A stretch of 64,000 nucleotides of DNA. Origin: Mantamonas sphyraenae STR306. Its lineage: Eukaryota > Protista > CRuMs. The translations under genes and the position numbers were made by a program. Shown here piece by piece: positions 11,046 to 21,214 of this stretch. The stretch lies in assembly GCA_026936335.1 (NCBI GenBank), contig JAPMXV010000027.1:1-64000 (forward strand), in the 5' to 3' direction. Under the pieces are notes generated by a model. The model was not told the origin of the DNA and did not search any database. It was given only the letters and a program-made list of their open reading frames with translations. The stretch's first letter is position 1, and each line of letters opens with the position of its first letter.

Positions 11046-11456
11046 TTACAAGAACTTGCAGATTGTGTGACGCCTCGTTGGCTTTGCCTGCACCCAACCA
11101 CACACCCACACCATTGTCAGCCGACCCCCTCCCTCCCCCCCCCCCCCCTCACCCTTCCCAAACTCACAAAAACGAGACTCCACCAGCCCCTGCACGCTCA
11201 TCAGCTGTCGCTGCGCCTTGGTCACCAACATCCCCTCCCAGACTCCCTTTCCCCTCCTCTTTGAGACTTTCGCCTCCGCCAGGCCCAGCATCGCCTCCAT
11301 TTGAAATCGCAAATCGTGGCTGACCAACTCAACCACCTCCACATCACTCAGCCTCTCATCGTCATAAACCAAGCGCAACAAGATGTTTGAATCCACAGAC
11401 GCTACCACATCATCCTGCTCCACACCCACCAAACTGCTGGAATGTTCGTTTCCCAT
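11046..11456 (-). CDS. Possible small hypothetical protein
   Basis: 136-aa ORF with a plausible helical middle (SNILLRLVYDDERLSDVEVVELV); it overlaps a local duplication and a poly-G tract. Confidence 0.3.
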   Translation of the reverse strand: MGNEHSSSLVGVEQDDVVASVDSNILLRLVYDDERLSDVEVVELVSHDLRFQMEAMLGLAEAKVSKRRGKGVWEGMLVTKAQRQLMSVQGLVESRFCEFGKGEGGGGEGGGRLTMVWVCGWVQAKPTRRHTICKFL

Positions 11457-11585
11457 TCACGTTTTTGCTCTGCTTCCCGCATCGCAGCACCTCTCCACAT
11501 CATCCTGCTCCACACCCACCAAACTGCTGGACTGTTCGTTTCCCATTCACGTTTTTGCTCTGCTTCCCGCATCGCCGCACCTCTC
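11405..11585. repeat. Near-perfect 90-bp tandem duplication
   Basis: CCACATCATCCTGCTCCACACCC...GCACCTCT occurs at 11405 and 11495 with about 2 mismatches. Confidence 0.9.
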
Positions 11586-14160
11586 ATCAACCCCTCGCCT
11601 TTCCAGTCCTCCTTCTCCCTCCTCCCCGCCTGTACTTCTCCTTCTCCTTCTCCTTCTCTTCTCCTTCTCTCTTTCCTTCTCCTCTTCTTGCTCCTCCCTC
11701 TCCCTCTCCCTCTCCTCTCGCTCCCGTGCCAGGCTCGTCCACAGCCGCAACTCCACGCCCACATACGGACTTGTGCCCACCTCCTGGCCTTCCTCCCCGA
11801 GCATTGCATACTCCACCTCCCCTGCTCCCTCCACCTCCACCATCCACGCCTCTGCGTCCTCCTCCACCACCGCTGGTCCCGTCGCCTCTGGCTCTGTCAC
11901 CATCCCACCGGGCTTCTCCACCGCCCCGTTGCCCTCCTTGCCCCGCGCCGACTTGCGCCCTCTGCCCCGTGCCGACTTTTGCCCCCGCCGGCTCTTGCTC
12001 CGCTTCTCATCGTCTCCGCCCACGCCAAGCAGCGCACTTTCGCTTGTGCCGCTCTCTACTATCACGTCGATTTCCTCTCCCACTCTCCCTTCTTGCACCA
12101 CTGGACGCCCCAGAGGTTCCCATGGCGTAAGGGCCACCGTGTCCTCCACCTCCATGGTGTTGTGTGCCACGATGCAACTCAGATCCAGCCTGCCCTTGCG
12201 AACCAGATGCGTCTCGCTCCGCAGCTGCCCCACAGGCGCAATGTTCAGCTCCGTCGCAAACCCGCTCGGTCCATCTTCCTTCTCCTCCCTTTCTTGCACC
12301 CCGCCACTCCCTCCGCTGCTGCTGCTTCCGTGTGACGCCCTCTCTCTCCGCGGCGTCCGCTTCTTCCGTGACGTGCGCGACCCACGCTTCCCGTCCTTGT
12401 CCTTGTCCTTGTCCTTGTCCTTGTCCTTTTCTTCTCGCTCCTTCTCTTCCCGTTCCCTTTCTTCTCGCTCCTTCTCCTCCTCTTCCCGTTGCCGTTGTGC
12501 CACCGCCGCTGCCTCGGCCTCCCAGTCTGCCGGGTACCGCACTTCATACAGCCGGATCTCCAGGCCTCGCTGAAGCCTATCACGCCACTCCACCGAGCTG
12601 TACAGCGTCACGTCGTGCTCGATGTGCAGCGGCAGCTCGTATGCATGCGTCTCTCCGCCAAACTCGTCCACGCTGCTCTCCACAAGCGTCAGCGTGCGCG
12701 GCTTGGTACGCACCAGCCCGTCCAGCTCGTACTCCACCACATAGCGACGTTCGTGCTTCTCCGCACCCACCGCCGCCGTCCACTCTTCAGGCCGTCCCTG
12801 TGCCACCCACGCCCGGTACGCCTCCAGCCCGGCGTTGGCTGCCTGTGCCAGCTGGACGTTCACCAGCTTGTCCATACGCAACACACCACTCACTGCTTTC
12901 CGACTCACCTTGGACGACAGAATGTACTCGCCCGGCTGCTCCTCCTTTGCCTGTGCCGCCGCCAGCCGTTCCTCGTCGCTCACGGGCACGTCGTCCAACA
13001 CTTGCACGTGCTCCAGCACGCTCACTGCATGGTGCCTGTAGTGACGCAGCACCATGAACGGATTCCCTGCAAGTGCGACGTTGGCCAGATGTGGCAGGTG
13101 TTTCAGTGCAGACAGCGTCGCCTTCAGATCCGTCAGCGCGTTGTAGCTCAAATCCAACGACAGCAGCGCCTGCGACAGGGCACTCACACGCGGCTCCATG
13201 CGCATACGTGGCGCCACAGAACGATTCGTAGAGAAGCGGCTCATCGGTCGCGACCCCTCTGACCCGTCTGTGCGCACGCTTGCCGTCTCCCACATCGACG
13301 CCATCGAGCCGCGCGAGCTCACACGCCGCTGCTGGAATGCCTCTGCCAGACTCGCCTGGTCCACTGCGTTCCGCGACAAGCCCAGGTGCCACAGCGCATG
13401 CTCCGTCGGCAGTGTGTTGATTGCGTTTCCGTGTGCGTGCAGCACTCGCAGCGAACCTGGCAGATGCCCAACTTCACGCAGCTGGTTGCAGCTCACCACA
13501 AGCTCTTCCAGCGCCTCCAGCTCCTCAAACTCGCTGTCCAGCCCCGTGATGTCCATGTCTCGCAGCTGCAGGTCGCGCAGCTCGCTCACAAGCTCTCGCC
13601 GTGTAAACACGGGCTTGCGGTACAGCGCCAGCAGCTGCCGATGCCCTTCCTCGTCTTCCTCCTCGCCTTCCTCCTCCCAATCGTCCAGCAGTTCCTTCAA
13701 CCGCTTCCGCTTTTCCTTCACGACTGTCCGCAGCGCTTCCGCCTGCGAAGACCACGGCAGCGGATCTATGTGTCGCACGCGTCCAGTGTTAGCAAATCTG
13801 GCCGTTACCCTTCCCTTCCCGTTCTGCCTCCGCTCTCTCCTCACCTTCCAGCACAAACTCGGTCTCATCAAACCGCTCGCCGCTCACCGCCTCGTCCTCT
13901 CTGTCCATGCGTGCCATGTCTAGATTCGACCACGGCCGCCGCACGCGCGGGCCAGCCTCCTCCTTCGCCCTCTTCTTCCCTGCACGTCCTCGCGGCCGCC
14001 TCTTCCGCAACGCTGCCACAGCCACACGATGCTTCTTCTCGCGCACCACCGTAATGTTCAGCGACGTCGACAGCAGCCGATCCACAGCCGCCGTTGCCGT
14101 CGCCGGGAACGTCAACGAGTCCGACAACACGCCTTCGCGCGTCACTCCCAGCCGCTCCAT
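11547..14160 (-). CDS. LRRC43: Leucine-rich repeat protein, LRRC43-like
   Basis: LRRs LEELVVSCNQL, LWHLGLSRN, LLSLDLSYNAL and LRR-cap AGNPF..YR..LDDVPVS. A 43-nt intron at 13766-13808 (GTAAC..GCTAAC..TAG) joins ORFs 13789..14202 and 11547..13871 in frame. The 3' end is uncertain. Confidence 0.7.
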
Positions 14161-14264
14161 TGTCTTGCACCTCTCTGCGCACGCACACTGTTCCCCACTC
14201 ACTCCATTCCCTTGTTCTCTTCAACTCCAAACTCGTGTTCATTGCTCAAACATCGCCCTTCTGC

Positions 14265-15288
14265 TCAATAGAAAAAGCCCAGGATCTTGCCACCCGTGTG
14301 CTTGCGCTTGGCATCCTCGTGCGACATGATGCCGTACGACGTCGTCAGCACCAGCTTGCCCACAGTGCGCGCAGGCAGCAGGTTGCGCTGCCACTTCTCC
14401 ACCTCGTTGATCTTCACGTCGAAACGCGGCGAGATCACGCCACACTTGTTGATCTGTGTCGTCGGCACACCGTCGTCATGTCAGCACGCCTCCTCTCTCT
14501 CTCATCTCCCCACCCTTTCACCATCCTTCACCCTTCCCCACCACTCTGTCCCAACCTACGCGTCCCAACAGGTTCACAACAATCTTGCCCGCGCGGTGGT
14601 CATCCACAACCTCAAAGTCGCCAATGTAACCTGTGCCGTGCCGCCCACTCACTGTCAGTCTCTCGCTGTGCACCCCCATCTCTCTTTCCTCTTGCCGCCC
14701 ACACGCTCCCCACATGCGACACACAACCTTGCCACCCTTCCATCTCCTCCCATGAACCCTCACCACGCCCTCGACACATCTTCCGACCCTTTCCCATGCA
14801 CACCCTCTCCACAAGTATCCCTCTTCGCCGCCACCGCTCCTCACCGCCCCCGCAGCCACTCGGCGAGGTCCATCCGCCACAAGAAAAACCGGCCTTTCCA
14901 CAAACGGCCCGCCACCATGCACTTGCGTCTTTCCATGCACTCCCCACACCGGCCTCCCGCCCATGCCACTCTTGCCATCCTCTTCTACACACTTTCCGCC
15001 CCACATGCGTCCCACACCCCAAGTACACGGGTTCCCGCTCAACTCTGACGCATGCGCCGCAACTCCCCGCCTCCTCCACCGCACATGCACATCTCACACG
15101 AGCCCACCGCACGCCCAGCCCATACTACGTCCATCTCGCCCCTCTGTTCACCTACCAGACTGCTGCATCACCTTGAGAAAGGCAATGATCACACGGCTGG
15201 CCGGGCGGCACAGCACCTGGCGCTTGCCACGCTTCTCGGCGTTGTGGATCGAGTTCAGGGCATCGTTGAGAACGGAAACGCGCACCAT
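14265..15288 (-). CDS. RPS15A: 40S ribosomal protein S15a (uS8), copy 1
   Basis: Exons 15288-15156, 14630-14560, 14453-14265 give [11 protein letters not shown]...[16 protein letters not shown]...GGKILGFFY. Confidence 0.96.
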
Positions 15289-15381
15289 ACTTGGCTGTCT
15301 CTCTGTGTGTGGAAATAAAGATGCTTTGGCACGCGCCGTCCCGCCACCCAAACCACCCCAAACTTCCATACACATACAACC
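15289..15381. promoter_or_regulatory. Putative bidirectional promoter between the divergent RPS15A copies
   Basis: 93 bp between two outward-facing ATGs; inferred from position only. Confidence 0.5.
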
Positions 15382-16490
15382 ATGGTGCGCGTCTCTGTTC
15401 TCAACGATGCACTCAACTCCATCCACAACGCCGAGAAGCGTGGCAAGCGCCAGGTCCTCTGCCGCCCGGCCAGCCGTGTCATCATTGCCTTCCTCAAGGT
15501 GATGCAGCAGTCTGGTATGCTACCTTTCCCACGCTCATGTCGCTCCCTCTACCATCTCCTCCCCCCACTTGGCCCCTCCTTGCTTTCCCTCCTCCCGTCC
15601 CGCATCCCTCGCCTCCGCCCGCTGCAGATTTCCTCCCGTCCGCCACTTTGCATGCTTGCCCTCGCATCTTTCCTCCGCCCTGCACGCTCTCTGCCTCCAC
15701 CTCCTCCTTCTCCACATCCTGCATGCACGTACCACTGTCTCCCCTTGCCCCTGTGCGTTTGTCTGCATTCCCCTTGTCCCTCTGTGCATCCCTGCAGCCC
15801 ACTTTCTCCCGCTCCCATGCCTTTTTTCCTGAGCGCCCACCCTTTCACGCACGCCCCGCCCACCTTTCCATGCCCTCCCGTCCCTTCCCACTCGCCTTGA
15901 GCGACGCACTCTCTCCTGTTCCACCCTCTCTGCATCCCTTCTGCTGCGCACACGCCTTGCTTCGGCGCCTGCTGCACGCCAAACCACAGACGCTTCCATG
16001 TGCATGCGCCGCATCCGCGCCTCCCACCCTTCCCCCAACACGCTCCTTCACCTTGCTGACCCACCCCTCCCCACCCCTGCTTCCCCTCCCGTACCCGCTT
16101 CCTCTCTCAGGCTACATTGGTGACTTTGAGGTCGTCGATGACCACCGCGCGGGCAAGATTGTGGTCAACCTCCTCGGTCGCGTACGTCTCCTCCCCTCCC
16201 GCTCGCCGTTTCCCCGCCCCCTCGCCCTGCGCACCCTTTGTCCTCCTCTCCCTTCCCCACCTCACACTCCCGTTCTTTCACTCCCCCCCCCAACCCAACA
16301 GATCAACAAGTGTGGCGTCATCTCGCCCCGCTTCGACGTCAAGATCAACGAGGTCGAGAAGTGGCAGCGCAACCTCCTGCCCGCCCGTACCGTTGGCAAG
16401 CTCGTCCTTACCACCTCCTACGGCATCATGTCCCACGAGGACGCCAAGCGTAAGCACACTGGTGGCAAGATCCTCGGCTTCTTCTATTGA
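15382..16490 (+). CDS. RPS15A: 40S ribosomal protein S15a (uS8), copy 2
   Basis: Exons 15382-15514, 16111-16181, 16302-16490; same protein and same intron positions as copy 1. Confidence 0.96.
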
Positions 16491-16695
16491 GCGGCCTCAA
16501 AAATGAAAACTGCAATCATCAATCATCACACCCCCCCCCCTCTCTTCACCCCTTTCCACCCACCTTTCTCCACCCTGCGCCCTCGACTCTCGTTGCTGCC
16601 ATCCCTCCCTCTCCATTCCTGCTTCACCACACCCCATTCCCTCCCAACGCCTCCTGCGCCTGCCCGTCAACCGAAAGAACTCTCTCAACGCACCC

Positions 16696-17247
16696 ATGTC
16701 CTCCAAGCGAGTCCTCAGCAAGGGCGTCCAGGAGCTCCGCATCCAGTTCTGCAGCAAGTCTCCCGCAAGCGCAGGCCTCCGGTACGCAAACTCTTCCACA
16801 TGCCCGTTCCCGCTCACCGCCAACGTCCCCCAGCCCGCCCTCTCTCGCTCTCGCTTTCCCCCCGCCTCCCACCCCGCTCACACCTTTCCCACCCCCCGCC
16901 GCCCACCCTACCTGCGCCTCTCCGCCTTTGCCCTCTCCTTGTGCACCCCAGCGAATTCACCGGCACCTATTTTGACGAGCTCAAGCAGGCCAATCCCGAC
17001 CTTCCGATTCTCGTCCGCACTGCAAAGGACACCCCCGCACGCATCTGGGCTCGCTACGGTGCGTTCACACGCCCTTTGCCGCCCCTCCAATCTGCTTCCT
17101 CTCCCCGCTCACACCCCTCCGCTGCCCCTCCTCATGCTTCCTGCCTCCACAGACCTCGGCGAAGAGCAGGTCGTGAATGTGGACGACATGAACGTCTCCG
17201 GCATCGAGGAAGCCATCACTGCCCTCAGCTCTGCCGCCGACCAGTGA
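16696..17247 (+). CDS. NDUFA2: NADH:ubiquinone oxidoreductase subunit B8 (NDUFA2)
   Basis: Three exons: ELRIQFCSKSPASAGLR / LKQANPDLPILVR..ARIWARY / DLGEEQVVNVD. Confidence 0.9.
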   Translation: MSSKRVLSKGVQELRIQFCSKSPASAGLRYANSSTCPFPLTANVPQPALSRSRFPPASHPAHTFPTPRRPPYLRLSAFALSLCTPANSPAPILTSSSRPIPTFRFSSALQRTPPHASGLATVRSHALCRPSNLLPLPAHTPPLPLLMLPASTDLGEEQVVNVDDMNVSGIEEAITALSSAADQ

Positions 17248-17395
17248 TCACCCATATCTCTCCCAGCACAATGGCTCTCCACCAATGCACAATCATCATT
17301 CTTCCACCTAGTTCTCGTCACTCCTGCTCCCGGACCCCCGCACACACCCAAACCAAACATCCCCACCCACTCCTCCTCCTTCTGTCTTCCTCCCC

Positions 17396-18220
17396 ATGGA
17401 CGCAGACGTACCATCCCTCCATCCCGATCCCTCTCTCCTCCTCTGCGACGCCATTTCCGCCGACGACGTCATCTCCCTCCGCCTTGCACTTGCCCAAGGC
17501 GCAGATCCAAATCCAACACAGAGTTCCGCCGTTGCCCCTCTCCACCTTGCTATCACCTCAAATTCCAAAGAGCTCGTTGCTGAACTCCTTGCTGCCGGCG
17601 CAGATCCAAACCTCCCGGACCCACGCTCCGGTCTCACTCCCCTCATTGCCGCCATCGACCACTGCCCGTCCTCCATCCCTCTCCTCCTCGAAGTAGGCGC
17701 AGATCCGAATCTCTGTGCCCCGCATGACATCCACCCCCTCGTTTACGCCGTCGAATCCGCCTCAACCTCCACCCTCTCTCTCCTCCTCGAAGCAGGTGCA
17801 GACCCGGATCCACACATCCCCAACGGCGACAATCTGCCCTGTCTCTGCATCCAGCACTTTTTCATCGAAGGACTTGTCCTCCTTCACGACACCGGCGCAG
17901 ACATCAACCAGCCCGACATCGACGGCAACTCTCCCCTGCACTACGCAGCCATGTTTGGCCAACCAGAGTGGATCAAACTGCTTCTCGACCTCGGTGCTAG
18001 TCCCCACGCATGCAACAACAATGGCCACACCCCCCTCGCTCTCGTCGCCACAGTCGACGCTGCGCGCTCTCTCCTTCCACACTCCCCAGACCTCAATGCC
18101 CTTCCCAAAAACCTTCGTCGCTCCGTCGCCTCCTTTCAGCTTTGGCCTCAAGGTCTGGTCCAGCCCCATGACCAACCAGGTGCGGTTGAGAAGCTCTACG
18201 GCCACTTCAACGCAATGTAG
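17396..18220 (+). CDS. Ankyrin-repeat protein (~6 repeats)
   Basis: Repeated GADPN / TPL / GNSPLHYAA / GHTPL motifs. Confidence 0.9.
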   Translation: MDADVPSLHPDPSLLLCDAISADDVISLRLALAQGADPNPTQSSAVAPLHLAITSNSKELVAELLAAGADPNLPDPRSGLTPLIAAIDHCPSSIPLLLEVGADPNLCAPHDIHPLVYAVESASTSTLSLLLEAGADPDPHIPNGDNLPCLCIQHFFIEGLVLLHDTGADINQPDIDGNSPLHYAAMFGQPEWIKLLLDLGASPHACNNNGHTPLALVATVDAARSLLPHSPDLNALPKNLRRSVASFQLWPQGLVQPHDQPGAVEKLYGHFNAM

Positions 18221-18366
18221 CCGACCTGAACTGCATCCAACCCCTCTGCTCGGCCATAGAAACACCCCAAGAGTTGCATGCTCCCGCTGTATGACTAAAC
18301 TGGTCCTCTGCTTGAACTTCGTGCAGATGTCCACGCCAAACCAACAAAAACCCCGTTCTTCCACAC

Positions 18367-21206
18367 ATGTCAACCGACCAAGACGCCGAAGCACGTGCCC
18401 TCCAGGAGCAACAAGACGCTGCTCTTGCTGCTCAGCTTGCTGCCGAGGATGGCGACGCCTACGACCCCGGCGTCCCGTCCCTCGACGGCACAGCCTACGA
18501 CCTCGTCGTCTTTGGCACAGGCTGCACAGAGAGCATGGTTGCCGCGTACGTCCCTCTTCCATCCCATCCCCTCTCCCCTGCCCCTCCCGCTCCCGCTCCT
18601 GCCCCTCTCCAACCCTCCGCTCACTCATCGCGAATTCTCGCCCCTCCCAACAGTGCCGCCGCACGCGCCGGCTACTCCGTCCTCCACATGGACCGCAACC
18701 CGTTCTACGGCGACTCCCTCGCCACCATGAAGCTTTCCGAGATGCGCACCTACATCGACTCGGTCGCTGGCGGTACGTGTCTGGCCATTCACGAGCACTG
18801 TCCTCTCCCACTCCCGTCCTGCTCACCTGCTCACTTCCTTCACCTCACGTTGTCCACACAGACGCCCTCACCCCCCTCCACGAGGCCTCTGCAGACGCAG
18901 ACTCCATCGAACCCTCACCCCTTACCCTCAACGTCGCCCACGCCTCGGCAACCATCTACAACGGCAAGCAGCGCGACGTTCCGCGCATCACCCGCCACGT
19001 TGTCCCGGCTGTCGACGAGGAAGGAAACGAGTCCTTCATCGAGTACGAAGAGGAGCAACGCGTCGACAGCCTCCTCGCCTACGACCGCAAGTTTGCCCTC
19101 GACCTTGTCAGCAAAATCACCCTCTCTCGCGACTCCATGATCAGTCTCCTCATCAGCTCGGGCACCTCCCGCTACTTTGAGTTTAAGATCATCGAAGACA
19201 GCTACATGCACCACGACGCACGCATCCAGCAGGTGCCTGCCTCCAAGAGCGACGTCTTCAACAGCGCCTTCAAGAACCTCGACAAGCGCCGCCTCATGAA
19301 GTTCCTCCACTTTTGCATGGAGTACGCCACCGACGACCAGGCCCTCGCCGAACTGGATGAATTCCGTGACGCTCCCTTTAGCGCCTTTCTCGACCACCGC
19401 GGCCTGTCCCCTTCTCTCCAGCAGTTTGTCCTTCACGCCATCGCCGGTCTCGACGCCCCGCAGCACGATGGCATGCCCAAACACCAACGCGTCACCACAG
19501 AGCAGGGTCTCGCCCGCATGGCCCTCTACCTCCAATCCCTCGGCCGCTACGGCAAGACTGCCTACCTCTATACCCTCTACGGCACCAGCGAGTACTCCCA
19601 GGGCTTCTGCCGCGTTTCCGCCGTCTACAACGGCGTCTACATGCTCAACGAGCACCAGCCCACCCACCTCCTCCTCGACGACGCCACAGGCAACGTCGAC
19701 ACCATCGTTTGCCAAGGCATGACCGTCTCCACACGACGCCTTGTCACCTCTCCCGACTACGTCCCGGCTTTCCTCACCTCCGACATCCAGCAGCAGCGTG
19801 CCCTCGCTGGTGTCGCTCACGCCGTCTGCATCGTCGACGCCTCCCTCCGCGCAGGCGCCGCAAACCTCAACCTCGTCATTCCCCCCGCCACTGTCGACAA
19901 CGAGTATGCCATTCAGGTCATCCAGCACAACTACGAAGCCATGGTTTGCCCCGAAGACGTCTGCATCGTCTACCTCTCTGTCCGCCGAGCTGACTCGCAC
20001 CTTGATGCCCAGGCCCTCCTGCAACCCTGCGTCGATCTGCTCTTCAACACCGACCCCGGCCGCGACGGCCGCGCATCCGCCTCCTCTAACGACACCCCCA
20101 ACGCAGACGAAGACCTCATGTGGACCGGCGACGGCGCCATCGAGGACGACACCAAGCGGCCCAATCTCCTCTGGTGCGCCTTTTTCGACCGCATGCAGCG
20201 CGAGATCCGCCCGCAAGAAGAGCTCCCTTCCAACGTCCGTGTATGCAACGACCCGTCCCCTGGCCTGGCCATCGATGAATGCGTCGACGAGGCGCGTGCC
20301 ATCTTTGCTTCCCTGTTCCCGGAAGACGAGTTTCTGCCCAAGATCCCCAATCCAGAGGAGGTCTGGGCCATGCAGCAACTCGCGGCCCAAGAGCCCGAGT
20401 CCTGGGAGGTTGAGGAGGCCGAAGTGGAGCACGAGTCGGACGCAGAACAGCCCTCGTCCGCGTACGTCTTTCACATCTGCAAGAAAAGCGACATCGACTG
20501 GTCCACAAACACCTACACCGCCCCGTCTCTCAACGACGTCGGCTTCATCCACTGCACGGGCGAGGCCTCCCTCCTCCTCAACGTTGCCAATCTGTGGATG
20601 CAGGGCGAGCAGGGCGACTATGTCATCATGGTCATTGCGGTCGACCGCCTCGAAAGCAACTGCGTGTGGGAGGAGCCCACAAGCAACAGCAACGAAGACG
20701 ACGAGACAAAGATCACCGTCCTGATGCCACACGTCTACGGTCCCATCAACCTCGACGCCGTCTGCGGCCTCCTGTACTGCCAGCGCGACGACGACGGCGC
20801 CTTTGTCGGCCTTGGCGCATTGGACTTTGTCGACGACGCCACCAGCGCAACGTGGTCCCTCTCCGCGCTTCCCAACCCAGATCGCGACGTGCGTGCCCTT
20901 GCCGCTGCCCTCTTCCGCAACGACTGCCCCGTCACAGCACTCCACCTTGCACAGACCCCTCTTGACGACGAGCTCGTCCGCTTGCTTGCCTGTGCTATTC
21001 GCGACAACGCCGACTTTACGGTGCTCTCCCTCACAGAGTGCCAAATTTCGGATGACGCCGCCACCTATCTGGCCGAAACACTTGCTGAAGGCGCAAACGG
21101 TCTGACAACGCTTGACCTTTCCAACAACAGCCTCACGGATGCGTGTGCCACCCCGCTGGGCTCCTTTGCCTCTGCAAAGTCGTGTGAGGTCGTGATGAAC
21201 AAGTGA
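18367..21206 (+). CDS. CHM: Rab escort protein (REP/CHM, GDI family) with C-terminal DUF952-like and LRR domains
   Basis: YDLVVFGTGCTESMVAA, SVLHMDRNPFYG, SSGTSRYFEF, QVPASKSDVFNS, SLGRYG..YLYTLYGTSEYSQGFCRVSAVYNGVYML, EFLPKIPNPEE; two 5' introns. Confidence 0.88.
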
Positions 21207-21214
21207 AAAGGTCA

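Noticed and set aside
13766-13808. Apparent frameshift in LRRC43
   Set aside because: Explained by a canonical 43-nt intron.
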